A DNA stretch of 64,000 nucleotides, from assembly GCA_007115975.1 (NCBI GenBank), contig SKJJ01000134.1, forward strand, positions 52,249 through 116,248, given 5' to 3'. Positions within the stretch are counted from its first letter, which is position 1, and each line of letters starts with the position of its first letter. This document shows, piece after piece, positions 10,695-19,895 of this stretch. The DNA is from Chitinispirillum sp. GTDB lineage: Bacteria > Fibrobacterota > Chitinivibrionia > Chitinivibrionales > Chitinispirillaceae. Made by a program: the position numbers and the translations under genes. The notes under the pieces were generated by a model. It made no database searches. It saw nothing but the letters and a program-made list of their open reading frames with translations, and had not been told where the DNA came from.

Positions 10695-10794
10695 GCTACT
10701 CCGTGGGGGTGTGAGAGGGTTGAATGTGAGGTTTCGGGGGGGGGCTCGGTTTTCCCCCTTGTCACCACGACAGCCTACACGCCCGCCCTTTTTT

Positions 10795-12636
10795 TTATTT
10801 CACATAAATATATTCCAAATTGTGTACCAGTCCGCCATTAACAGAAGGGTTGATATTTCCGAATCTGTTGGTCAGACAGATGATCCTTTCGGATAAGACC
10901 GTATAGATCAGCGGCAGTTTGTCTGATGCGATCTGCTGCCACTGGTCGTACAGTTTTTTGCGCTCATCTGTATCGATAATTTGAACTGCAGCATCAAAAA
11001 TAGAGTCGATCCTGGCCTGCCACTCTGTTGCAGGTGTCTGCTGCCCCGGATGCCACATGTGAAGAGATCCGGTGGAGTGCCAGACATTGCGTCCAAAGTG
11101 CGGCTCATCACCTCCCGTAAGTCCAAGAAGAACTGCATCCCAGTCAAAAGGAGGGTTGCTGATTTTCTGTATAAGGCTGTTGAATTCAAGCTGCTGAAAA
11201 TGGACACGCATCCCAAGATCCTGAAGATCTCTTCTTATTATCTCTGCAATCCGTATGCGCTCATTGTTGCCGCTATTGGTGACAAAAGAAAACTCCAGGG
11301 TGTTTCCGTCAGCGTCCTGAAGAAATCCGTCACCGTTTTTGTCGCTGAAACCCTCCTGCTCCAAAATCTCCAGGGCTCTCTGCTTGTCGTAGGAGTACTC
11401 GGTGACTTCCGGATTGAAAAAGAACCCTTCTGATGGGGTCATCGGTGACCACTGGGGGTACCCAAGACCGTTCATCACAATGCTGATCATACTCTCTTTG
11501 TCAATGGCGTGTGCAACAGCGCGCCTGAAATTGGTGTTGCTGAACCAGGAGAGTTTGGTCTCATCTACATAAGGCTCTCCGGTCTGTTCATCAATACCGC
11601 TGTTTTGATTAAAAAACAGAAAGCTGCTTCCCCTTGCCGGTCCAAGCCGGTAAACGGTGAACTGCCCGTTCTTCTCCTCCCTTTTCAAACCGGGGTAGTC
11701 CTCTCCTCTGGCACCCAGGTAATCGTACATTCCCCGTTTGAAGTTCATCAGCTGAGCATTCTGGTCGGCAACTATCTCGTAGACGATACGTTCAAGATAG
11801 GGCAACTGATTCCCTTCACTGTCTTTTTTCCAGTAATTGGGATTGCGTTTCAAGATAACTCTCTGAGAGGAGGTATATGAATCGAGCATAAAGGGCCCGC
11901 TAACCACCATATCCCGGGGTCTGGTCTGAATGCCAAGAGATGAAGGGAATTTTCCGGCCTTTACGACCGGTTCATGAATATGCTTAGGCAAAATCTCCTG
12001 AGCCATTGCCCTGAGAAACGGAGCAAACGGGTAGGGCAGAACACATTTGACTGTTTGGTCGTCGAGCGCTGTTACTTCGATAATTACCCCGCCTATTGTA
12101 AACAGATCTCTTGCGCTGTTAGGTCTTACATCCGGATTATATATAAGGTCATTGAAAGTAAATTCAACATCGTAGGCTGTTATCGGGGTGTCATCAGACC
12201 ACAACAGCCCCTCTCTCAGTGAGAAAATGTAGGTAAGCCCGTCATCACTTATCTCCCAGCTCTCTGCAAGGCCCGGCTCGGGGAGCAGTGTTACCCGGTT
12301 GATACTGGTGAGGCCCTCATACATGTGTGCGGTAAATTCGCTTGTGCTTGTTTCGGTTGAAGTGATCGGGTTGAAGGATTTGGGGTCGGATATGGTTGAG
12401 AGTATGAATTCTCCCCCATGGGTGCCGATTTGCGGTTCGAACTCTTCGGCCCTTTCCTGCATTGCAAAAAAGTCGATCTCTTCACCAGCCATGATATCTG
12501 TTGAATCTCTGCCGGAACCACAGCCGGTAAGGACGAAAAAAAAGATCAGGCCCGGTATAAGAGCTGTGAGTCTGCCCATTGTTACTCTCCTCAATTTTGC
12601 GGTGTTCAAGTGCTGTTGCGCTTTGCTATGTTGCAA
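10795..12636 (-). CDS. ABC substrate-binding lipoprotein, family 5 (OppA/DppA-like)
   Basis: Lipobox LTGCGSG after a signal peptide. A 613 aa family-5 SBP architecture. It is the first gene of a minus-strand oppA-oppB-oppC run. Confidence 0.85.
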   Translation of the reverse strand: MQHSKAQQHLNTAKLRRVTMGRLTALIPGLIFFFVLTGCGSGRDSTDIMAGEEIDFFAMQERAEEFEPQIGTHGGEFILSTISDPKSFNPITSTETSTSEFTAHMYEGLTSINRVTLLPEPGLAESWEISDDGLTYIFSLREGLLWSDDTPITAYDVEFTFNDLIYNPDVRPNSARDLFTIGGVIIEVTALDDQTVKCVLPYPFAPFLRAMAQEILPKHIHEPVVKAGKFPSSLGIQTRPRDMVVSGPFMLDSYTSSQRVILKRNPNYWKKDSEGNQLPYLERIVYEIVADQNAQLMNFKRGMYDYLGARGEDYPGLKREEKNGQFTVYRLGPARGSSFLFFNQNSGIDEQTGEPYVDETKLSWFSNTNFRRAVAHAIDKESMISIVMNGLGYPQWSPMTPSEGFFFNPEVTEYSYDKQRALEILEQEGFSDKNGDGFLQDADGNTLEFSFVTNSGNNERIRIAEIIRRDLQDLGMRVHFQQLEFNSLIQKISNPPFDWDAVLLGLTGGDEPHFGRNVWHSTGSLHMWHPGQQTPATEWQARIDSIFDAAVQIIDTDERKKLYDQWQQIASDKLPLIYTVLSERIICLTNRFGNINPSVNGGLVHNLEYIYVK

Positions 12637-13124
12637 TATAATATAGTGTAAGAGTTATGATTATGCTTAAAGGTGAGTACGAATGTGAAAAAGAGGAATT
12701 TTGATTGAGTGTGTGATTTTGTTGATATCCACTTCTGACCCTCGATACACCAGCATCGGAACTATTTAGAAGGCAATCTTCCGCGTTTTACCCGCGTGCT
12801 GCTTGCGTTAACAAAGTATTTGCTCTCATTGTCATTCAGTTTCTTAGGGTTTAAGTCAGGCCAAGAGTGATTTCGTTACATTCTCGAGTAAGCCAGGTGG
12901 TGCCTGCTGTATTGAGGGGAGATCGTCACAAACCAAACCATCCTTTAGCTTTATGCAGATTACCTCGCTTTTTGTTACGAAAGACGCACACTTGCTTTGT
13001 TTTCCTTTATATTATAGAAGAGGAGCTTCTGACCACCTCCCCTGGTTCCCGCTATCTTTGTTACATTCAGGTGCTCGCATTTTGCCAGATCAATACATTT
13101 AATTATTAGATTCGGAGGATTACT

Positions 13125-13862
13125 ATGGGGAAAAAACTGATCAGAGCATCACACCACTCGTGGAAAACGGCACTGCTGCTATACACAAAAGTGGTAACCT
13201 TCATTTTTGCACTGTTCTGTGTTGCAAGCGGACAGGTTTTAAAAGCTTCAAATAGTGACACGGGAGGAATCACCTTCAGGGGAAGGGCCCTGTCTCCTTC
13301 TGATTCAACATTTTTCAGCAATACCACAATTTTGCTTGCTGATATTTTTGCGCCTCTGTACGGTTCCGGTGGTGGTGCCTTTGTGGAATCCGTCTATGAC
13401 TCCACTTACAGTGATGAATACGGATATTTTGAACTCACATTTGATACAAGCAGTACTCCCCTCTGGTTACAGGTGGTCGCCGAACGGGTGGATGAGTCAG
13501 GCCAAAAGAATATCTACCATAGCCTTGATTTAAGATTGAAATGATCATAACGATGAAGATTCAGTTTACACCTATTACCTTTACCCTATAAGTACTTCGG
13601 TTAAGCGAAATGAGACAAATATTCCTTCAAAACAACTCCAGATAACTCAGGGCAGAAAAATCAACATCAATTTTTCTGAATGGAGCGGTGACGAACTATC
13701 GGCTATAACTGTAATTGATCTGAAAGGAAATGCGATAGCCAAACTGCAGCCCCGTCCCGAAGGCATCGTCACCTGGGATACACGGGGAGTTGCCAGGGGG
13801 GTCTATTTTATCAGACTGAGGAATAATGTGGGTGATATCAATATGCGTCTGCTGATCAAATA
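13125..13862 (+). pseudogene. Secreted protein with T9SS/Por C-terminal sorting domain, interrupted by a +1 frameshift near 13537-13544
   Basis: Frame 0 (13125-13544) encodes a signal-peptide protein and stops at TGA 13542. Frame +1 is open from 13540 to TAA 13862 with no ATG start, and ends in ...GVYFIRLRNNVGDINMRLLIK, which resembles the TIGR04183-type sorting tail. Together they would make one protein of about 245 aa. Confidence 0.5.
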
Positions 13863-13967
13863 ACGAGCGTCTTTTACGCCTCTGAACCTGACCCCCCGGG
13901 GCAAGAAGCGAGAAAAATACGAATCCCCACTCCTACCCCTCCACCCCCCGACACTCGACACTTCCCC

Positions 13968-16481
13968 TTATTCCTCTTTTTTCTCCTCCCCGGGTAAATG
14001 GGGACGGGGGTCCCTGGAGCCGTTTGGAGACAAATTGTACTGGGCGATATCCCGCTCAGATATCAGTGCCCTTTGCTCTTTTAGGATTTTAAGCATTTCG
14101 ATAAGATGCTGATCGACCCGCCAGTGAAAAGTGTCTTGTTCATCAATGTTTCCTGCCGGCAGGTCCCCCAGCAGCTCCATGGTCTCATTGATATCTTTAG
14201 CAGCGTACACATGAAACACCCCTTGTTCAAGAGCCTCAACAACATCCGGGCGAAGAACCAGATTTCTCACATTAGCCACCGGGATGCACACTCCCTGTTT
14301 ACCGGTAAACCCCTTTATTTTACAGACATCATAAAAGCCTTCAATCTTTTCATTCACTCCTCCGATTGCCTGAATGTGCCCCCACTGGTTGACCGATCCG
14401 GTGACTGCGATATCCTGGCGGATTTGCACACCCGCAAATGCACTCAGAAGACATACAAGCTCCGCAACCGAAGCGCTGTCCCCTTCAATCATTCCGTAGC
14501 TCTGCTCCATGGTAATACTTGCCGAAAGGGCCAGAGGGTGTTTAAAGGCGTACTTGTTGCGAAGATACCCCTCAAGGATCAGCATAGCCTTGTCAAAACT
14601 CTGTCCGCTGAGCCTGCTCTCACGCTCGATATTGATAATGCCGGCGGTGCCCACACCCACACTGGCAGTAACTCTCGATGGTCTTCCAAAGGAGTAGTCG
14701 CCGAGCTGAATGATTGAAAGTCCATTTACCTGACCGGTGAAGGAGCCGTCGATAGTGATAAGCAGAGTCTCATTTTCAAACAACTCCCTGATCTTCTCTT
14801 CAAAAAGGTTCGATCGGTATATTTTCTCCTCCTCAGCTTTCCGGATGTGCTGCATCCTGACTACCTGGGAGTTATCCTGTTTGGCCCAGAAACTGGCCTC
14901 CTTTACCAGATCTGCCACCTTGCTGAGCTTGGCGGTGATCTTCTTCTTGTCATTGGCGAGTCTGGCGGCAATCCGAACCGTCTCTATTACTGCCGAGGGA
15001 TCAAATGGCAAAACGGTGTCATGGATTTCGCACTGCTTCTTTATGAACATTGCTATCTGATAATCAGTGTCATCCTCCCGGTGTATCTCAGAAGAGAAGT
15101 CTGCCTTTACTTTGAATATCTCGCTGAAATCTTCATCGTAAAGCTGCATGATATGATAGAGAATCGGAGGCCCCAGAGCCACCACCTTCACATTGAGCGG
15201 AATCTGTTCGGGCTTCAGTGATGAGGTGGCGAATACCCCGAAGGGATCATACATGTGATATTCGAGATTGCCGCTCTTTATGGTTCTCTTAAGCTCTTTC
15301 CAGACAAGGGGTTCCAGAAGCGCTTCCATGAGATTTATAACAAGATACCCGCCGTTTGCTCTGAGAATGCTGCCGGCTGATATGTTGGCGAAACTGGTCA
15401 TCAGCTGACCGGAGCGGTTCATGGTTCCATGAATGGTTCCAAAAAGGTTTTTGTAATTGGGTGAGTCCTCTATGATAATCGGCGCACCTTTGCTTTGGGT
15501 GTTTTCTACCACTACATTAACGTCGTATTCCGGAAAACGGTCCTCTGCAGTAGCCGGTATGCCCATAAGTGCTGCCATCTGTTGCTGCTGGGAACTTTCC
15601 CCGGACTGAAAGCGCTGGATGTTCTCTATGAGGTGCTCTTTAAGCTGATCAAACCAGGCGGTGAGTTTTTTCACCGGAAATTGTTGCTTGAGACCACTGA
15701 TCATGGGATCGATAAGACGGTTGCCGTAATTTTTCTCTATGTTTCTGAACTCCTCGCGCAGATTGCTGCCAAGCTCCTGCCTCAGTGCCATGACCGTGGA
15801 TGCTTTCTGGCCTACAACCTGCTGATTTTCAGTTATCTGACGCTTTTGTTCTTCATCAATTTTCTCGAACTCATCGGGGCGCATGGGCCTGCCGTCCACC
15901 CTGGGTATCATTATCAGCCGACCGTCGGGCATCTCCTGAAGCAGCAGATCCTTCTGGGCAGCAAACCGCTCAAGCTCCTCAGCGGCAACTCTTCCCTTTT
16001 GCTCATATTGCATGCCGATCTTCTGTTTTTCTGTAGACATCTCCTCCTGACGAAATGACTTGGGTATCTCCTCCTTTAATCTCTCTACAAGATCATTCAT
16101 CTCCCTTTTGAGCTTTATCCCCTCACCCTGAGAAAGAGCAATTGCCACGGGGTTGTCCTCATGATGAAAGTTATTCAGGTACACCCAGTCAAGGGGGGCA
16201 GGTTCTTGGGAAGCTTTCCTTGTGAGCACATCTTTGACCATTGCCATTTTGCCGCTTCCGTTGAATCCGGATACAAAAATGTTATATCCGTTATCCCTTA
16301 TTCCCAGCCCCAGTTCCAGTGCCCTTTGAGCACGGGGCTGGCCGATAATTGTATCAAGGGAATGGAGCTCATCGGTCGTCTCAAAGGACAGATTTTGGTT
16401 GTTTATGTCTGGCTGTGCATCAGCGGACTTGAGCTCGATGATCTTTTCTATTCCTGTCATCTGTTCTCCCCTTTTACTCAA
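13968..16481 (-). CDS. Lon-like ATP-dependent protease, LonB/YcbZ type (AAA+ module + S16 protease domain)
   Basis: Walker A GFNGSGKM. C-terminal Lon S16-like domain with a GDSAS serine motif and downstream Lys. 837 aa. Confidence 0.8.
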   Translation of the reverse strand: MSKRGEQMTGIEKIIELKSADAQPDINNQNLSFETTDELHSLDTIIGQPRAQRALELGLGIRDNGYNIFVSGFNGSGKMAMVKDVLTRKASQEPAPLDWVYLNNFHHEDNPVAIALSQGEGIKLKREMNDLVERLKEEIPKSFRQEEMSTEKQKIGMQYEQKGRVAAEELERFAAQKDLLLQEMPDGRLIMIPRVDGRPMRPDEFEKIDEEQKRQITENQQVVGQKASTVMALRQELGSNLREEFRNIEKNYGNRLIDPMISGLKQQFPVKKLTAWFDQLKEHLIENIQRFQSGESSQQQQMAALMGIPATAEDRFPEYDVNVVVENTQSKGAPIIIEDSPNYKNLFGTIHGTMNRSGQLMTSFANISAGSILRANGGYLVINLMEALLEPLVWKELKRTIKSGNLEYHMYDPFGVFATSSLKPEQIPLNVKVVALGPPILYHIMQLYDEDFSEIFKVKADFSSEIHREDDTDYQIAMFIKKQCEIHDTVLPFDPSAVIETVRIAARLANDKKKITAKLSKVADLVKEASFWAKQDNSQVVRMQHIRKAEEEKIYRSNLFEEKIRELFENETLLITIDGSFTGQVNGLSIIQLGDYSFGRPSRVTASVGVGTAGIINIERESRLSGQSFDKAMLILEGYLRNKYAFKHPLALSASITMEQSYGMIEGDSASVAELVCLLSAFAGVQIRQDIAVTGSVNQWGHIQAIGGVNEKIEGFYDVCKIKGFTGKQGVCIPVANVRNLVLRPDVVEALEQGVFHVYAAKDINETMELLGDLPAGNIDEQDTFHWRVDQHLIEMLKILKEQRALISERDIAQYNLSPNGSRDPRPHLPGEEKKEE

Positions 16482-17020
16482 TGGCGTAAGTTGAGGTGGT
16501 GATGAATTGCATCGTGGTTTTAAAAAGGAGCAAAAACAGAACCAATGGTATGATGATGTGTTGAATTTTTACAAGGCGATCAATGAGATCAGTCGTATTG
16601 CATAAGCCCTCAAGGGAGGGGGGGGATTAAAACGCAGAGTTCACAGAGGACGCAGAGCAGCGCAGAGAAAACCCATATTTATCAAACCCAACAGCACAAG
16701 GGGGCGACCTCACGGCAGCACAAATTATTAATTCTTAATTCTTCAGGCGTATTGGAGGAGCAGCAACTTTTTTCTCAAATAATCCTACGGTTTAAGTTAT
16801 ATTAAATAGCAGTTACTGCAGGTAAAGAGAGCCCCAAAAAACCCCATAACCCCCAGGGCTTCAATGTATAAACCCTGCAATGGAGTTTGCCACTAAGGTT
16901 TAAGCTTTAGGAATAGCATGGTGGTTTGGGGGACAAGGAAAATCAGCAGTATCGAAGAGTTTCTCTGCAGGAAACTATCTTTACAATCGATGTAACATTA
17001 CTTTTTCAAAGGAGTTCAGG

Positions 17021-17560
17021 ATGAGATCAAACTATTTTGCCGCTTGGCTTCTCCTCATCTCCCTGCTCTCTTTTGCAAGTACAACAGACCCCTTTGTTCA
17101 GAATAAAAAACTTGGACGGGGTATCAACATTGGTAATATCTCAGAAACGATGTCAACCTATGGTTTTCAGTTTACCATGACAGCAGAGGGTGATCAGGAG
17201 GCAGTTCTTATTTTTAATTTAGGCGCTGCGGCATCAACAATTTATCTCGACAACCTACGGCTGATAAATGTTTCTGAAACCTCTTCCATTCGACAGTTAA
17301 ACAATCACTCCACAAATAGTACTATCTTTACCGTTGATGCATTTCACGAACTACAGGTATCCTTTTACAACCAGAACCCGCAGCGTGTAACCATCTCTGT
17401 ATTCTGTGCAAAAGGCAGATTGCAGGGCACCGAATCATTCGATGCCCCGGCTGGAGAAAACAGAATACATTTGTCTACTCAATACTTTCCAGGTCCTTTG
17501 CTTATAAATATGCAAGAAGATGGCAGGACACTCCTCCGGAGAGTTGTACATGTTAAATAG
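17021..17560 (+). CDS. Hypothetical secreted protein, possible sorting-tail C-terminus
   Basis: N-terminal signal peptide (AAWLLLISLLSFAS). The C-terminal ...PLLINMQEDGRTLLRRVVHVK loosely resembles a Por sorting tail. Confidence 0.45.
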   Translation: MRSNYFAAWLLLISLLSFASTTDPFVQNKKLGRGINIGNISETMSTYGFQFTMTAEGDQEAVLIFNLGAAASTIYLDNLRLINVSETSSIRQLNNHSTNSTIFTVDAFHELQVSFYNQNPQRVTISVFCAKGRLQGTESFDAPAGENRIHLSTQYFPGPLLINMQEDGRTLLRRVVHVK

Positions 17561-17587
17561 CCAAACATCGCCAACAGATGCAACCCC

Positions 17588-18298
17588 ATGAATCTCATAC
17601 TCCTGTTTGAGCCGGATTTTCTAAATCAATCCAAAGTTACCATCTGCGACCCATACAGACTAAACCACCTGGACAAAGTACTCAAGGCCGCAACCGGCTC
17701 CGTAGTAAAAGTTGGAAAGCTCAACGGCCCTATGGGAAAGGGGACCATCACCAGCTTTGAAAAAGACAGATGTGAAATTGAGGTTGAACTGACCATTTCA
17801 CCTCCTGCGCCTGCACCCGTTACCCTCGTACTTGCAATGCCCCGACCTAAGAGTTTCAAAAAGTCGATTGAAGCGGCAACGGTGATGGGTGTCAAGCAGA
17901 TAGTGATCATCCAGAGCTGGCGTGTGGAGAAAAGTTACTGGTCAACTCCTGCATTAGAAGAGCACGTTCTCACACCCCTACTTTACAGAAGCCTTGAACA
18001 GGCAGTGGATACGGTCATGCCTTCTATACGAGTAAGGAGAAGATTCAAACCCTTTGTTGAAGATGAGCTGCCACAAATAATCGGCTCAGGCAACGCATTT
18101 GTGGCCCACCCCTACGACTCTGCTCCCCTGCCTCCAACCGATGGTTCCCATTCGGTGGTGGTAATTGGCCCCGAAGGGGGATTTATCCCTTTTGAAGTTG
18201 ACCTTCTGAAGAAAAGTGGTTGCACAACGGCAAGTCTTGGTGAACGGATTATGCGGGTTGAGCATGCAGTGGGTGCATTTCTTGGAAAGCTGCTTTGA
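17588..18298 (+). CDS. rsmE: 16S rRNA (uracil1498-N3)-methyltransferase RsmE
   Basis: PUA-like N-terminus and SPOUT domain with VVVIGPEGGF and a LGxRIMRxEHA tail, characteristic of RsmE. Confidence 0.85.
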   Translation: MNLILLFEPDFLNQSKVTICDPYRLNHLDKVLKAATGSVVKVGKLNGPMGKGTITSFEKDRCEIEVELTISPPAPAPVTLVLAMPRPKSFKKSIEAATVMGVKQIVIIQSWRVEKSYWSTPALEEHVLTPLLYRSLEQAVDTVMPSIRVRRRFKPFVEDELPQIIGSGNAFVAHPYDSAPLPPTDGSHSVVVIGPEGGFIPFEVDLLKKSGCTTASLGERIMRVEHAVGAFLGKLL

Positions 18299-18516
18299 AG
18301 ATGTTGTTGTGCGAACTGTTCAGGTTTTTTGCTGTTTTTTCTTATAAAAAGGAAAAGACAATGTCACAACCAAACACCCTGCTACCACAGGTTCCTGGAG
18401 GCCCCCAACAGATCTTCAAAGTTCAACGTAAGACGAATTTTGGGTGACCCGGTCGATTGCGCGCCCGAGGCCGGGCGCGACCTTGAAGACAGAGGTGAGT
18501 AGTCAAAGGTCTGCGA

Positions 18517-19368
18517 TCACGAAGACCGGTAGGCCAGTAACCGCTTGCTTCTGGATGAGTGTTTCAGCCGCTTGAGGGCTTTCTCCTTTATCTGCCGTGC
18601 CCTCTCTCTGGTGAGATTGAAACGAAGCCCGATCTCCTCAAGGGTATGTGACGTATCTTCCCCTATTCCAAAGTAGAGTCTGACCACCTCTTTTTCCCGT
18701 TCGCCCAGAGTGTCAAGAGTTTTACTTATCTCATCATGCAAAGAGACCTCCATCAGCTCGTCATCCGGCCTGTCCTGCTGGTTATTCTGGATAAGATCCA
18801 TCAGCTTTGAATCTTCCCCTTGCTGGAGAGGAGCGTCAAGGGACATGTGAGAGTTGCCGATCTTTACCGTTTCCTGTACATCAGATTCATTAATATTAAG
18901 CTCATCTGCAATCTCTTTTGCGCCGGGAACACGCCGGTATCTCTGTTCCAGCATGCTTTGAGTTTTGCCGATTTTATGGATCGTACCCACTCTGTTGAGA
19001 GGAAGCTTAATAATTCTTGACTGCTCAGCAAGTGCCTGAAGGATAGCCTGCCTGATCCACCATACCGCGTAGGAGATGAATTTGAAATTCTTTTTCTCAT
19101 CGAATCTTTTGGCCGCTTTTATAAGCCCAAGATTCCCTTCATTTATGAGGTCACTTAAGGGAAGCCCCTGATTTTGATAATTTCTCGCTACACTGACAAC
19201 AAACCTCAGATTTGCCTTAACCAGCTCTTCAAGAGCTTTTCTGTCGTCTTTGCGGATTCTGACTGCAAGCTTTGCTTCCTCTTCAAGACTCAGTGTGCGA
19301 TTTTTCCCGATACCCTTAAGATAGAGCGCCAGGGAAGTGTCCTCTGGGAGAAAATGGCCTTTTTCCAT
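18517..19368 (-). CDS. RNA polymerase sigma-70 family factor (short primary/group-2 type, regions 1.2-4, no region 1.1)
   Basis: Region 2 DLINEGNLGLIKAAKRFD...FISYAVWWIRQAI. Region 3 RIIKLPLNRVGTIHKI. Region 4 HTH TLEEIGLRFNLTRERARQIKEKALKRLK. No RpoH box. The 283 aa length matches the short sigma-A of the FCB group. Confidence 0.85.
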   Translation of the reverse strand: MEKGHFLPEDTSLALYLKGIGKNRTLSLEEEAKLAVRIRKDDRKALEELVKANLRFVVSVARNYQNQGLPLSDLINEGNLGLIKAAKRFDEKKNFKFISYAVWWIRQAILQALAEQSRIIKLPLNRVGTIHKIGKTQSMLEQRYRRVPGAKEIADELNINESDVQETVKIGNSHMSLDAPLQQGEDSKLMDLIQNNQQDRPDDELMEVSLHDEISKTLDTLGEREKEVVRLYFGIGEDTSHTLEEIGLRFNLTRERARQIKEKALKRLKHSSRSKRLLAYRSS

Positions 19369-19566
19369 AAATACAGTTCACCCCGTTAATTTTTTTTCAA
19401 CGCTTTTAGATCAGAAATGGGTATAAATATAGAAAATCTATTTTCTAAAAGCAACTTCTAACCAACATTATGAATTCTACTATAAAACCAAAGGTTTTGC
19501 AAATTTTATGAACATGCGTTTATACAATATACATGAGATACTATTGTTCAACAGTATAGGCACCAG

Positions 19567-19591
19567 GGTGATACGTCGGGACACTATCACC
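19567..19591. promoter_or_regulatory. Perfect inverted repeat GGTGATA-N11-TATCACC in the sigma/clpB divergent intergenic region
   Basis: Seen directly: GGTGATA at 19567-19573 and TATCACC at 19585-19591, with an 11 nt spacer. It does not match CIRCE, HAIR or CtsR consensus sequences. Confidence 0.35.
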
Positions 19592-19895
19592 ACCCTCAGC
19601 CTTATCCATCACATCGTTATGCCCATAGGTGCTATGGTATTGCTTTACTCTCCTGGCTCACACTGCATCTGCTCAACCCACCCATGACCGGTAGCAATCG
19701 GGGCTTATGAGGAGCATCCGTGAAGCTAAAAACTGTTTCATTTTAGATCACTATACAGAACCCCCCTTGTCTTTATCTGTAACGAACCAGGCCATAAACA
19801 GCTGCTTTTGTTGCCTTTTTAGCCGATATAGGGGACTGGTATGCGTTTTGCTTATTCTCAAAAAACGCAGAAAGAAAATCAACAAGGAGACCACT

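Noticed and set aside
10736-10744. G9 homopolymer tract in the oppA-oppB spacer, plus a G8 run at 16618-16625, as phase-variation switches
   Set aside because: They are single isolated tracts in untranslated spacers, with no repeat-number evidence. They may equally be assembly artefacts.
13968-16481. Lon-like protease as BrxL of a BREX defence island
   Set aside because: No PglX, PglZ, BrxA, BrxB or BrxC-like genes are within about 15 kb on either side. The neighbours are housekeeping or secreted-protein genes. The architecture fits a general LonB/YcbZ protease.
19707-19895. N-terminal 63 aa extension of clpB in the ORF track
   Set aside because: It has no RBS and a Cys-rich junk-like sequence. 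The canonical ClpB N-domain starts at [15 protein letters not shown], directly after AAGGAG.
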